DNA of 39,689 bases, from the NCBI RefSeq assembly GCF_001194135.2, contig NC_068993.1, forward strand, positions 64,871,818-64,911,506. Direction: 5' to 3'. This DNA is from Octopus bimaculoides. Taxonomy: Eukaryota. The position numbers were made by a program, and so were the translations under genes. Below the pieces are notes generated by a model. That model worked only from the letters and a program-made list of their open reading frames with translations, ran no database searches and was not told the DNA's origin. Within the stretch, counting starts at the first letter, position 1. Every line of letters starts with the position of its first letter. Shown here piece by piece: positions 10,130 through 23,336 of the stretch.

Positions 10130-10345
10130 CTGTTATTGTTATTATTATCATTATAGATGTCATACAGTAAACAATATCATGAAGTTGTTGATTGAAGATA
10201 TTGTGTTTACCGGAGGTTTGTACTGTCTGTCAAGTCACAACAAGGACCTCAGACAGACAGTACTTTACACAATATGTGTGCAGTTCCAAGTAATGCCAAC
10301 TTTAGCAATACATCTAGATTGTAGGGTGTTTCTAAAGTTACAGAT
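10130..10345 (-). mobile_element. R4/Dong-type LINE 3' end
   Basis: The minus strand reads LDVLLKLALLGTAHILCKVLSV* followed by a UTR ending in degenerate (TAA)n. Confidence 0.78.
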
Positions 10346-10372
10346 GTTTCTTTTTTTCTATTATTATTATTG

Positions 10373-11165
10373 TGGTAGGTGAGCTGGCACAATTATTATT
10401 ATTATTATTATTATTATTAAAGTGGGTGAGCAGGCAGAAGCATAATAAGCATGGCAGGCGAAATGCTTTGTGGCATAAATCATCTGTTTTTACAGTCTGA
10501 GCTCAAACTCTGCCAGGATTGCCTTTCATCCTTTCAGAGTTGATAAAATAAGTACAAGAGGGGTCAATGTAATCAACTAATCCCCTTCCCCCAAATTTCT
10601 GGTCTTGTGCCTTTAGTAGAAAGGATTATTATTATTATTATTAAGGTGGCACGCTACCAGAACGATAAACATGTTGGACACATTGTTTAATGTCGTTTCA
10701 TCCGTTTTCACATTCTGAGTTTAAATTTGACCAAAGTTGACTTTGCATTTCATCCGTCAAAGTCAAAAATATAACTACCATTCAAGTACAGGTATTGATG
10801 TAGTCAGCTTCCTCTCCACTCTCAAAAACTGCTGACCCTGTGCCAAAATTTGAAGCCACGATTATGATTATTATTAGTAGTAGTAGCAGTACAAGTAGTA
10901 GTATTATTACTATTACTACTATTATGGTTGAAATGGTGAGCTGGCAGAATTGTTAGTGTGCTTAGACAAAGTGTTCACCAGTTTTTCTTCTTGATTTTTA
11001 TGTTCTTAGTTCAAATCTCACCAAGGTCAACTTTGGCTTTTATCCTTTTAGGGTATATAAACAAAAGCCCAAGTCAAGTACTGAGGCCAAAGTAATTGAT
11101 TAATCCTGTCCCCTGCTAAAATTGCTGGCCTTGAGCAAACATTAAGAAGAGTTATTATTATTATT
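10373..11165 (+). mobile_element. Head-to-tail stack of SINE family A: head-only stub (10373-10391) plus three copies (~10420-10642, ~10643-10880, ~10931-11165)
   Basis: Repeated head gagctggcag, B-box and tttgcctttcatcc body, each copy separated by (TTA)n-type tracts. Confidence 0.88.
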
Positions 11166-11345
11166 TTTTTTTTTTTTTTAACTCAGGTGTTGTTGGAATC
11201 CTAGAACCTTGCATGAGTAGTAGACTTGCTACCAGCTGCCTTCAGTGCCATGCTATTTGTTCTCTTCAACTAATACTTTCCTGATGATTCTAGTCATGCC
11301 AATGGGGAAAACATTTTGTAACAGCTCAACCAGACACTCTGTTCC
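11166..11345 (-). mobile_element. R4/Dong-type LINE 3' end with A-run plus (TAA)n tail
   Basis: The minus strand reads VELLQNVFPIGMTRIIRKVLVEENK*, then a UTR, then an A-run and taataataataa. Confidence 0.72.
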
Positions 11346-11389
11346 CCTTTTATGTTCCTTATTGTTGCTGCTGCTGCTGTTGTTGTTAA

Positions 11390-11815
11390 CTCAGTGAATT
11401 AACAGAATCAGTAGAGTGCTGGATTAAATACCTAATTCTGGCTCTTTGCATTCTGAGTTCAAATCCAACTCAGGTAAACTTTGCCTTTCATCATGCTAGA
11501 GTCAATAAAATAATGAAGTAGAGGTCAGTGAAATTAATTAATGCCTCTCCTTGCTGGTTTTGCACCTGAATAAGAAACAATTTATGCAATTCCTGGAGAA
11601 AACTGTTAGAAAGCTGGATGAAATCCCTTGCAGTATTATTTCAAGCTCTTTGCATTCTAGATTCAAATCCTGACAAAGGTCAACTTTGCTTTCTATCTTC
11701 CAACAATCAACAAAATAAAGTACCAGTCAAGTATTACAATCAATGGAATTGTCTAGACCCTCCCTTCAAAAGTGCTGGCTTTGTGTCAAGGTTATAAATA
11801 ATTATTATTGATTTT
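11390..11815 (+). mobile_element. Two further diverged SINE family A copies in tandem (~11390-11585, ~11590-11815)
   Basis: cattctgagttcaaatcc..aaactttgcctttcatc and cattctagattcaaatcc..ggtcaactttgc..aaataaagtaccagtc, ending in attattatt. Confidence 0.75.
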
Positions 11816-12809
11816 AAGAAGATGGTAATTCAGCAAAGCTTGTGCTGAATCAGGGAACATGTCTTGCAATGTTTGTCCCAGTTTTTGATATTCTTCTGGT
11901 AAAGAAATAAGAAATATTCAAAAGATTGTAACAGAAATGCCATCTTTGTATAGTTCCATGAGAATTTCATGGTAAACATCTAGCACAAGTCAAGGAAGTC
12001 ATTAGGACTCAATCATCATCTCATGGTGTAAGGATAGAAGGAAGGAATCAACTTCTTTTGTAAATTTGTTATCAGAAACAAAATTTCAAAATCATTAATT
12101 AGTTTTCATCATCATCACAATCATCATCGTCATCAAACAGACTTATCGTCATAATTATCGCTTTCTAATAAAGTGCTAGTATTTGGTTAAATTATTCCAA
12201 GAACTCTGATGACATGATGGGGAATTGGGATTTTAATCTTTTTCCTTTTGATATATGGGAAAATCATCCTAAATAATCCTAAAATATAATGTCTAGACAA
12301 ATTAAATCAGCCATAAAAGTGGTTTGTGGTGATTTGAGAAATGTAAGTTGACAGATTCCAACTGTCGTTTGCCATTGCATAAAATCTTTCTCTTATTATT
12401 CTTGAAGAAACAAAGGAAAAGAGAGAGGGGGAGACAAAGAGAGACGGACATCAAGAAATGAATACACAGATAGATGGAGACAAAAAATGAATATACGTAA
12501 GATGTATAAAATCAAAAACAATTGTGCTTAGTTGTATATAAATATTCATTGTGTACATTTATTATGTATGAACATCGAATTACATGCATTTCATACATAA
12601 TACATGTATCATAATTAATAAGTATATATGTTGCATAATATTTAAAATACACACATGTATAAATGCAAAAATCTATATGAAAATGATGCATAAACATCTG
12701 TGTGTGAATGTCTGTCTGTGTATGTTTCTACACACACACACACACATATATGTATATATATATATATTACACATATATCACAATCATTACAATTATTGTT
12801 TTAACCTCC

Positions 12810-13175
12810 AATTTCCCGTGGTTGCATGGGTCAGACGAAATTTGTTGAGGCAGATTTTTCTATGGTTAGATACTGTTTCTCTTGCCAACCTTCACCTATT
12901 TCTAAGCAAGTTAATATTTCCCCATGGCTAGACTTGCCTATCAAAGAAGACTGGAAATGAATAATTTGCTTGTATGATGGTCATGCTCATATACAACCAT
13001 CCAGGATGTCAAGATAAGGTACAGACACACACAAACATATAACTGGGCTTCTTTCAGCTTCTGTCTACCAAATTAAGTGACATAGATACCGAAACTATAA
13101 AAATGATGCAAGGCAAAGAGATTGAACCCAGAACCTTATGGTTCCAAGACTAATTTCTTAAACAATCACACCCAA
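12810..13175 (-). mobile_element. SINE with a family-B-type head and a different 3' body
   Basis: cttctttcagcttctgtctaccaaat..gattgaacccagaacc.tatggtt matches the reverse-complemented B head. The body (gcagattttctatggttagat..gccaaccttcacct) differs from the copy at 38087. Confidence 0.65.
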
Positions 13176-13502
13176 ACTACACTTATACAAGCAAACTTAC
13201 ATACACACACACGTGTGTGAGTGTATACATTCATACAAATATATATGCATATATGTACACATACATATATATATATACACACTTATCCATATGTTCCTAT
13301 GTATATATATACACACACACATGCATATATATGGTGTTACTATGGTTGTGTGTACTTGTACATAAAAATATAGATAACAAATATGTCAGTAAAAAAAATA
13401 TATACTCATATTTAGATATTATTCGTAATACATATGTATCAATATCTATAAATACATATTTATGCATACATATGTTTGTGCATGTGTGCATGTGTATACA
13501 CA

Positions 13503-13880
13503 NNNNNNNNNNNNNNNNNNNNNNNNNNNNNNNNNNNNNNNNNNNNNNNNNNNNNNNNNNNNNNNNNNNNNNNNNNNNNNNNNNNNNNNNNNNNNNNNNN
13601 NNNNNNNNNNNNNNNNNNNNNNNNNNNNNNNNNNNNNNNNNNNNNNNNNNNNNNNNNNNNNNNNNNNNNNNNNNNNNNNNNNNNNNNNNNNNNNNNNNNN
13701 NNNNNNNNNNNNNNNNNNNNNNNNNNNNNNNNNNNNNNNNNNNNNNNNNNNNNNNNNNNNNNNNNNNNNNNNNNNNNNNNNNNNNNNNNNNNNNNNNNNN
13801 NNNNNNNNNNNNNNNNNNNNNNNNNNNNNNNNNNNNNNNNNNNNNNNNNNNNNNNNNNNNNNNNNNNNNNNNNNNNNNNN
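13503..13880. other. Assembly gap (N); other gaps at 18254-18263, 28623-28681, 37413-37673 and 39057-39370
   Basis: Runs of n, mostly next to micro/minisatellites. Confidence 1.
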
Positions 13881-14104
13881 ACATATATATATCTAAGTAT
13901 GCATGCATGCATTTATGTATGTAGGTATATTTATACATACATGCTTATATACTACTAAAATGTTAAGTATAGGTGTATGCATAATTTACACAGATTTATA
14001 TATGATTTATATAAGAATGGACACGCATATGTTACCAGAATTCTACATTAGAATATCAATATTAAATTGTAATGGACATCAGATATCATCAATATCGATT
14101 AATA

Positions 14105-14144
<40 letters not shown>

Positions 14145-14190
14145 CATACATACATACATATATTTATACATGTATGTGTGAGTGTAAATA

Positions 14191-14226
<36 letters not shown>

Positions 14227-14542
14227 CTGTACAATTATAAATATATACATGCATATAGATTGATAGATAGGTACATACACGCATACATACATATTCTTGT
14301 ATATCACAGGTGGGAGGTACAATCAGATACATGAAAAGAAAAACGGGAAGTGGAACAACAAATTTTTAGTATTTAATTATATTTATCTCTCCTTCAACAG
14401 ATGGAATATATAAACATGCACACCTACAAACACACACAATAAGAACACCAAGAACATATGAGTCAATAATATTATTATATATATTTATCATTTTCATGTT
14501 TTGTTTAGTTTCCATTATTTTGTGGAGCGTTTTTCATTTATA

Positions 14543-14596
<54 letters not shown>

Positions 14597-15341
14597 CATT
14601 TGTTTATTATTATGACCAAAGCAGTCCTAGCTATTTGACTGATCTTATTTCTGGATAAATTTTGAAAGAAATCTAATAACATCAAAAAGGTTGGTTACAC
14701 GAAAGGATTTTTTTCCCTCTTCCTTGGGTTTCACTCTAAATTTTTTTACTTTCTTTTTAGCAAACATCAATATTGATAATTAACATCAATATTATTACAC
14801 TTTGTTATTATTAATATTAGTATTTAACTGTGAGCTCAACAAGGTCATATATGGAATTATTATCATCAATATTATTATTATTAATGTTTTTATTATTAAT
14901 ATTATTATTAAAAATAATAATGATAATAATGATATCAATGAACCATTGAATGGTTATAAATCAGAAATATATTCTATAATCTGCAATGTGTGATTATATA
15001 CGTACACAAATTCATAAATGCACACAGACATGCATATACATGCATATTCATGCACACATGCACACTTCCACACATTTGGCAGTTGCAAAAGTACTCCAAG
15101 TGAATATGGAAAGGTGTCCTCTCCTCCTTTAAATATGAATGCAAATCAGGTTCAATTTCCCTCTTCAACAAAAGAGAGAATGCAATACCGATGTCATGGA
15201 TAAATTTACCTTGTAAACAATGTATAACACTGGTGTGTGTGTGTGTGTGTACATACAGAATCATGATTCAAGAAGCAAAACCAGAACAAATCATTTTTAC
15301 AAACATTTTCTATTGTTAGCTCACATACACACTCACAAACC

Positions 15342-15375
<34 letters not shown>

Positions 15376-15594
15376 TATATATACATATATACACTCACAG
15401 GCACATGTATATATGCATAATATATATATGTATATACATAATATATACGTATATATATACATAATATATATACTTAATATATATGCATATATACATATAT
15501 ATAAATAGATATATACATAATATATACTTCACGGCAAGAGGTGCAAATGAGGGTTGCTAAATCAAACTCCATTCTTCACCAAGTGCCACATATT

Positions 15595-15680
15595 GTAGGA
15601 GGCTCCCTGTAATAACAGTGTAGCAACACGGCGGTGCATCAGCATGGCCACCGCTCTAAGCTGAAACTATAAACAACAAG
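15595..15680 (+). mobile_element. SINE/LINE tail fragment related to the family B 3' end
   Basis: ggcggtgcatcagcatggccacc..ctgaaac resembles ggcgatgcaccagcatggccacag..ctgaaa at 38441-38478. Confidence 0.5.
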
Positions 15681-15960
15681 CATATATAAATAGATATTTA
15701 CATGATATATATATAAATAGATATTTACATAATATATATATTTACATAATATATATATATATACATAATATATATATACATAATATATATATACATAATA
15801 TATATATATATATATATATATAAATAGTATATATACATAATATATAAATAATATATATGTATATAATGCAGATGACTGTGGTTCATATATATTTTGTTAA
15901 TATCATTAATGTTTATTGCTATTCAAATACATTCACACACACATACATGTAGATCTAAAT

Positions 15961-16037
<77 letters not shown>

Positions 16038-16123
16038 TATACATATATGTGTGTGGGGGTGTATGTATGCATCTATAATACATATATATATATATATATA
16101 TAGTAATTATATGTGTATATGTG

Positions 16124-16157
<34 letters not shown>

Positions 16158-16203
16158 AATGCACACGCATATATATGTACATGTTTTTATGTATATACAT
16201 ATA

Positions 16204-16234
<31 letters not shown>

Positions 16235-16539
16235 GTATGTACATGCGCACACACACACACACATATTTACTTACACATGCGTGCATGCTTTTGTACAAAG
16301 AAGAAACCAAAGAGTGTACATGGCACCACTTTAATATTCGTCTCATTTGTTTCTGTCCAAGTGTGAAAAGTTATGCAATATGTGTGGTTGGAAATATCCA
16401 CGCAATGCAAAGAAGCATGGCTTAATGTTAGCCTGGTGAAGTGCCACTCCAATATATTAAGCCACACATATTGTGTTCATTTTCACAAGCTACCATTTAC
16501 ATGTCATAAGAAGCAGTGTGGCAGTGAAACAATTGTAAC

Positions 16540-16735
16540 AAATATTAAATTTGTGTCATAGTCATTCTTTGTCTTCATAACCATGTTTTATGTTAAGCTT
16601 CGAAATACTGACTGGTTTTGCCATGGAGATACTTGGAGTTCTTGCAGCAGGGCTCTTGAAATTGTTTTCAAAGTTCCTGCATGAGCTTGTAGTGAGCCAA
16701 GTGTTTATGCTGCGTTTTATTGGGAATATACTCTG
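16540..16735 (-). mobile_element. Possible RTE-clade ORF fragment (APE-RT linker)
   Basis: YKLMQEL*KQFQEPCCKNSKYLHGKTSQYFE weakly resembles the RTE linker YK.L...FQ..CR.DK..YL. It has multiple stops. Confidence 0.25.
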
Positions 16736-16824
16736 ATTCTGTACCTTACCATGACCTACACTACTGTACATATGTATGCATGTACATGTGGGGTGGAATG
16801 TATATGTTTAAGATATATACATGT

Positions 16825-16869
<45 letters not shown>

Positions 16870-17052
16870 TGCATGTATATATGTATACATGAATATATAG
16901 TGTCTATATATGCATATGCCTATATATATATATATATATATATTTACACACACACATATATAAAGCCATACATATACATGTATATACATTCATATATATA
17001 TGTGTATAGATATAGATATGTATATTCTTGTATATCTATCTGTATCTATCTA

Positions 17053-17147
<95 letters not shown>

Positions 17148-18183
17148 GTACATGTATAAAGTTGTGAACCATATCTGAATGGAACTTCATTCAGTATAAC
17201 AGTGGGTCTGACTGAAGTCTTCATCAGAGATTTGTTTTCTTTCTTATTTTCACCTTCTCTTCATTCCTCATATTTTTCTTTGCATATTTCTATTTGCTTT
17301 ACATTGATAGTACAGCAACATCAATTTGTATTTTAAAGTGTTTACAAATGTCTAACACACACATGAATACACATTCAGACACATATACTCCCATATCTGT
17401 CTCTGTGTGTGCCTTTGATATATATATATATATATGTATGTATGTAGATATGCATGTTTGTGTGTGTGTGTGTGTGTGTGTGTACACACCCACACATGTT
17501 TGTTCATGAAAACTTTGAACCAATGTAAAACAAGTGAGAATTTAAGGAAAAAAAACTCTCTTTCTTGATGTATCTAATTAATATACATTGTTTATATATC
17601 GTTCACTGGTGTGTCTGCTGCTGATAAGTAAGTGAAGGTTGGCCTTCATCACTTAAACCAGATATTACTATGTGATACTTTTTTTTACAGGAAAAGATAA
17701 ATCCTTGGATAATAACGATACAGATTATCATGTAATATCCACATCACTTATTCATACAAAAAAAAAAGATTTTTTTAATAAATTAACTAACCACAATGTT
17801 CAGCAGGTGAAATGCAATTATAAATTTTAATGAAGCAATTGAGGCTTTCAGGATGAAGAAATCCCTTCAAAATTTGAATTTATGTTCTGAAAATATTATA
17901 AATGGAAAATTTACATTGATGGTTATGATGATAGATATGTTGATGATGATGATGATTATAATGAAGATGATGTTGATGATTATGATGATTAACAGTGATG
18001 CTATTTTCAGAAATATATTTGTAAATTCTTGGTAACAAAATAACAAAAACAAAATAATATTGGCGGGTAAAAAAATTCAACTGAACAACAAATGTAACCT
18101 AATTGTTAAAACAGTGAAGAAATTTATACTTTTCACAATCATATTACCTTGTGGAGCCACATATCTCAATAAACAACTATATA

Positions 18184-18219
<36 letters not shown>

Positions 18220-18263
18220 CACACACACATATATACTCATATAAATATATATANNNNNNNNNN

Positions 18264-18305
<42 letters not shown>

Positions 18306-18312
18306 CATATAA

Positions 18313-18354
<42 letters not shown>

Positions 18355-18424
18355 TCATATATATATATACACACACATATATACTCATATATATATATAT
18401 ATACATACATACACACATATATTC

Positions 18425-18461
<37 letters not shown>

Positions 18462-19245
18462 TATACTCATATATATACATGTATATATATATATATATAC
18501 ACACAGACAGATACATGTGTGTATTTGTGAATACATACACAAACATATATATAAAAAATATATATAACATACATAAAATAAATATCTATATATAAATGGT
18601 GTATATATGAATATACATTTATATATAATATATATGCATATGTATGTTTATAGACACACACACGCTCTCATATCTAGAGCAACTTGTCTTCAAGCTATTG
18701 GGAAAAATGCAAATTATTTTTTTCCAATGCCACATTGAAGATGAGCCATTCACAACATTAATATCAATGTGTCACATGTCTGCCGCCTGTGATTTCCTTG
18801 ATTCACAAAACAATATAGAAAAAAAAAACTGAATGGAAAATCAAGAAAATCCCAAATTCCTGAATCCTTCTTTTTCATCTCTTCTCACAAATTTCTCTCT
18901 TTTCTTAGTTTACGGAGAAAAAAACACGTATGGCATTGTTTCTTAGTGAAATAGTACTACTCTTGTTATATGCTTCTAAGTATTGTTTTCTTTGTTTTAT
19001 CTTTTGTTTTTGTTTTTATTCTTTTTTTTAATTCCTTTTCATTAATTATTATTATTATTACTATTATTATTATTATTATCATCATCATTATTATTATTAT
19101 TATTATTGAGACCATTAATTCATAAAAAATATTTTGTCATAAAATGCCAAAAAAAGATTTGAATGTGTTCTGTTGAGTTATTTTATATTTCATTTTTGTT
19201 TGTTTAATTTTTTTGAAAAACTTATTTTGGTCTTTGTTTTTTTTA

Positions 19246-19294
<49 letters not shown>

Positions 19295-20059
19295 TCTGTT
19301 TGGTCTTCACTATTTGTTTGTCTGTCAATCTACTAATCAAGCTATTTATATATATTCATACATGCATGCATGTATGTGCATGTGTGTATGCATGCATGTT
19401 TCTATGTATGTGTGTATGTATTTATGCATGCATAAAAAAATATATATAATATGCATGTATGCATTTATGATTGTATGTATATAGTGAGAGGAACAGAAGT
19501 ATAGATAGATATATACATATATATATATATACACATATGTATGTATGTATGCATGTTTGTATGTATGTATGTACATGTCTATGTGAAGTTCTTTCTTTAT
19601 TTTGTCAAATATTTGCTTGCAAAAGATTTCAGAATTTGTTTTACCATTTTCTCATTTTTTCTTACAAAGTTTCATGGCAATATGCTCACTTCATGTTCAC
19701 ATCACAGCACGTTTTGCATGATACTAATTTTTTTATCTGAATTTGAATAGTGTACAATTTTCTCTTCTGTGTAACCAAACTATTGAAAATTTCAAGAAAA
19801 ATCACGAAAACCAAACCAATGAAATTTAAACTGCTCCAACAAAAGACATTAAAACTAAGGCAACATTATCGTTGCACCTTTTGATTGTGGGAATTTAATA
19901 TCAGTTTCCAATCAGATACTTATAATAATTAAATATACAACCATAATAATGATAATAATACTACCACACATGTACAACTGTTTTATGTGTGAATACTTCT
20001 ACACACGCGCACACATACACACACACACACACGTGTGTGTGTGTGTGTATTTGGCCAAT

Positions 20060-20270
20060 TCCCAACAGGAAAGTCAGTTGGAAGGCAATTCTTGTGCTTC
20101 AAAGACAATCTGAAGCAATGCAACATTCCCAGTTCATCCTGGGAAAACAAAACATCAGAAGAGAGGACCTGGTGCCAGTCCTGCTTCTCCTCAGTTCAAA
20201 GTCTCTTGGTCAATGCGACAATCATATGCTACACACCTTCCTTTCAAGCACTGCTGTAAGCTATAACATT
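20060..20270 (+). mobile_element. RTE-clade LINE, ORF C-terminal fragment
   Basis: GKSVGRQFLCFKDNLKQCNIPSSSWENKTSEERTWCQSCFSSV matches the RTE end G.RSVG.Q.LRFKD.LK.NLKQCNI..WE..A.DR..WR. Confidence 0.7.
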
Positions 20271-20299
20271 GAAACTTATTGCACATAAACAGCAGAGTT

Positions 20300-22080
20300 C
20301 AAGGTCAATCTGTGCCAAGCAGCTTCACTCTGCGTGCTTTAGCTTCGTTACTTTGGCAACAGACAGGATACTCATTGATCAGAGCACGTAGTTCAGTGTA
20401 GGTATTGTCTTTTGTTAATATCCGCAGAGCAGCTGATTTCCACAATGGTACAGTTTCTCTTGTCAATCCCAAATCATTATGTTAGGTCTGTTATGTTTAC
20501 AGCTTATCGAGATTTTCACTGCAACATTCCACCAGTACTCTTTTTTATTATGACTGACTTATTTATTTGTCCTCGAGGTTATCCTTTCAATGGATTTCGT
20601 TATACATTATCCTAACTACAATATCATGTCTCATCAGTAGATAATACCGTGATGACATTTTCAGACAACTGCTTATGATGTGGGTGATATCTTTGGTATT
20701 AACTCCACAAAGTCTGCATTGATTGTCACATTTTGGTGCTTTTCCTGTATCTCTGTCCCTTTTGTACTTCAGGTATTTGGTTGATATTTCCTGTTCCTGG
20801 ATTGCAAACGCATACCCTTCAAAGTGGGAGTTAGTAATCCGGTTGTTGGTCCATGATGAACTGCTTTGATGACCAATGTTACTATCATCTCAGTGCTTTC
20901 TACTGATATATTCATGCATGGTCTTCTGCTAATATATACTCATGCTTTCATCTGATGAAACGTTGCAGTAGAGTTTTGTGAATTCTTTGGGCATGTATTT
21001 AATGTCATCAGACAAGAAATGCTGCTGAAGGAGCTGCTTTTCACAACCATATAGCAACATTTATCCTGACCAAACTCCAACTCTACATCCTTTGAGAATG
21101 TTGTAACCAGGTCAAGGCTTTTTGTCATCTCCTGCATATCCTTGGCATATAGTTTCAAACCATCCACAAAGAAACAGTGTAATTTTGGTATTTCTGTTTC
21201 TTTGTGAACCAGTGCGCTATCCTTCAGGCTTCCTTAACATGAATGACAAGGGGTTTACAGAAAATATAAGCAATACCACAGAGTGGTTGTCCCTTTGGAA
21301 TATACCTCTGTGATACTGTATTTTATCAGTGGTAATACAATCACTCCTTGTGTTTAATTTCAAGATGGTGGCCCACAATGAAGTCAGGTTAGCTATGGCT
21401 TTGACTCTGCTCACTGGAACTTTACCAAGTGGAAGGGCTTCTAGCATCCATGAGTGAGGAACAGAGTTTAAAGGCTTTCTTGTAGTCTAGCCACATTGAA
21501 ACTAGGTTTCTTCTGTGCTCCTGTACCTCTGACATTACAGTTTTATTAACAGTTGCTCGGCACATCCCCAGACTTCCTTCTTCCCGGCTGCTTGTTCTGC
21601 TGTGATAATGTGATTGCTTTCACAATGGTCTTGGAGGAAGAAGTTTAAACATGCTGTATATAATTTATACTTAAGTTTTGGCATGCAATTGACCGGTAGT
21701 TTTTTTGCCATATGGGTAGTTCTGCATTTGGGGATCAGTTTTGTTTCTGCAAGAACTAACCAGTGTGGTATGCTACTATTCCCATTGTGAATTTTCTGGT
21801 GCAGGTTGATAAGCTATGGTCAGTAGAAGGTTAGCTTTCTTGTATCAGTATCCAACAATCAAGTCTCTTCTGGATGCTTTTCCATCCTGCAGTTTCTGGA
21901 TCACAATTACAAGGGTATCACCATCAATGTTGTATGTCTTGGGTGTAATGCAGGGACAATAAGTTCTTTGAATTTTCCCCAGCCACAGAGCATCTTGGCT
22001 AAACTCCATTTCTTCTCTTCCGATTCTTTCCCCAGAAGGAGTCTATGCCTTCTTCTCATAAAGAAGCTTCTATGATGTTC
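20300..22080 (-). mobile_element. R4/Dong-type LINE pseudogene fragment (RT to RLE), frameshifted
   Basis: ETKLIPK..NYRSIACQN; EQAAGKKEVWGCAEQLLI; SVPHSWMLEAL; GIFQRDNHS; FFMDGLKLYAKD; EFGQDKC; CRLCG..EDITHIISSC-type zinc knuckle; CTIVEISC RLE motif. Confidence 0.92.
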
Positions 22081-22349
22081 CCTGCTTCTCCTCTCATATC
22101 TCAGTACACAGCTGCCTCAGTTTAGTTATTTTAACCGGAACCAGGCAACATTATGTTGTGGAAGAGAAATTTGTATAATTAAATTGGTGCACTTGTACTC
22201 ACTAATTCTGGAAAGAAAGAGGTCTCTAAGTTCCATTCTTTAAGGGTACTAAATGTGAAGAATGAATGGGAAAAGGAGAATCTTCCTTATGTGAATCAAG
22301 CAATGGGACCTGCCATTCTTGTTGACTGCTGTATGATAGACAAAGCAAT

Positions 22350-22998
22350 CACTATGAAGACAAAGAAAATCCTTAGTCCATCACATGCTTAAAATATTTG
22401 ACAGAGTGGGATATGGCTTAGTCACCTGTATAACTAATCAGGTTGTGTAGGAATATCATACCCAACGAGTGGTTTAGAAGCATTATAGTCAACTGTTACA
22501 AGAGTTTGTAAGATGCGTTAGAGAGAAGTAATTACAGAGGCTTCAAATTGCTGGACCAGATCATGAAAGTTACAGATATTTATCACAAAGTGAATTTACT
22601 TAGAGGGAGTTAGTTTTGTGCCTGGAACAAGTATTGCTGATGTTCATTTTCTCGTAAGACAACTGCAGAAGTATTTAACCATTGTGCTTGGCATTCATCG
22701 ACCTGAAGAAAGTTGTCGACAGAACCCTCACTCCCTCATGTGGTGGTCGCTGCAGAAGACATGGGTAGATGACTGGCTGGTGAAAGCTGTTCAAGCCATG
22801 CACTGGGATGCTGTCATTAAGTTGAGAGTTAGCACCAATTACAACAATGAATTTGGTGTACATTTAGGAGTTCACTGGGACTAGGTCATCAGTCCCCTCC
22901 TATTTACTGCAGTCTTGCAGGCCATAACATAAGAGTTTAAGGCCTGTTGCCCATGCGAACTCCTCTATGCTGATGACTTTGTTCTTATAGCTGAAACT
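22350..22998 (+). mobile_element. RTE-clade LINE reverse-transcriptase fragment
   Basis: IPNEWFRSIIVNCYK..DALERSNYRGFKLLDQIMKV; FVPGTSIAD.HFLVRQLQ; AFIDLKK; GVH..VISPLLF; ELLYADDFVLIAE. It contains stops and frameshifts. Confidence 0.92.
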
Positions 22999-23027
22999 AT
23001 AACAATTCATACATATATATACATAGG

Positions 23028-23336
23028 AACACTCCGTCGGTTACGACGACGGAGGCCCCAGCTGATTCGATCAACGGAACAGCCTGCTCATGAAATTAAC
23101 GTGCAAGCGGTTGAGCATTCCACGGACACGTGTACCCTTAACGCAGTTCTCAGAGAGATTCAATGTGACAAGGCTGCCCCTTTGAAATACAGGTACAACT
23201 CATTTTTGCCAGGTGAGTGGACTGGAGCAATGTGAAATTAAGTGTCTTGCTCAAGGACACAACGCGTCGCCGGGAATTGAACTCACGACCTTGCGATCGT
23301 GAGCCGAGTATCCCAACCACTATGCCACACGCCTTC
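23028..23336 (-). mobile_element. tRNA-headed SINE family C with CORE-like central domain
   Basis: Head gaaggcgtgtggcatagtggttgggatactcggctcacgatcgcaaggtcgtgagttcaattccc with A/B boxes, then tgtgtccttgagcaagacacttaatttcac, which resembles the MIR CORE. Octopus OR-type SINEs are established tRNA-derived/CORE SINEs; the exact family is not verified. Confidence 0.9.

Noticed and set aside
17195-17235. Hammerhead-like CTGATGA-agacttcagtc on the minus strand
   Set aside because: GAAA is replaced by AGAC and there is no stem I/III complementarity.
13217-19750. [14 protein letters not shown] ORFs and ORFs spanning N-gaps (also 31949-32289, 34004-34405, 37023-39678)
   Set aside because: These are microsatellite and gap artefacts.
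23260-23336. tRNA gene calls for SINE heads (also 25941-26010 and 38087-38150)
   Set aside because: A/B boxes are present but no complete cloverleaf, and each continues into a SINE body.
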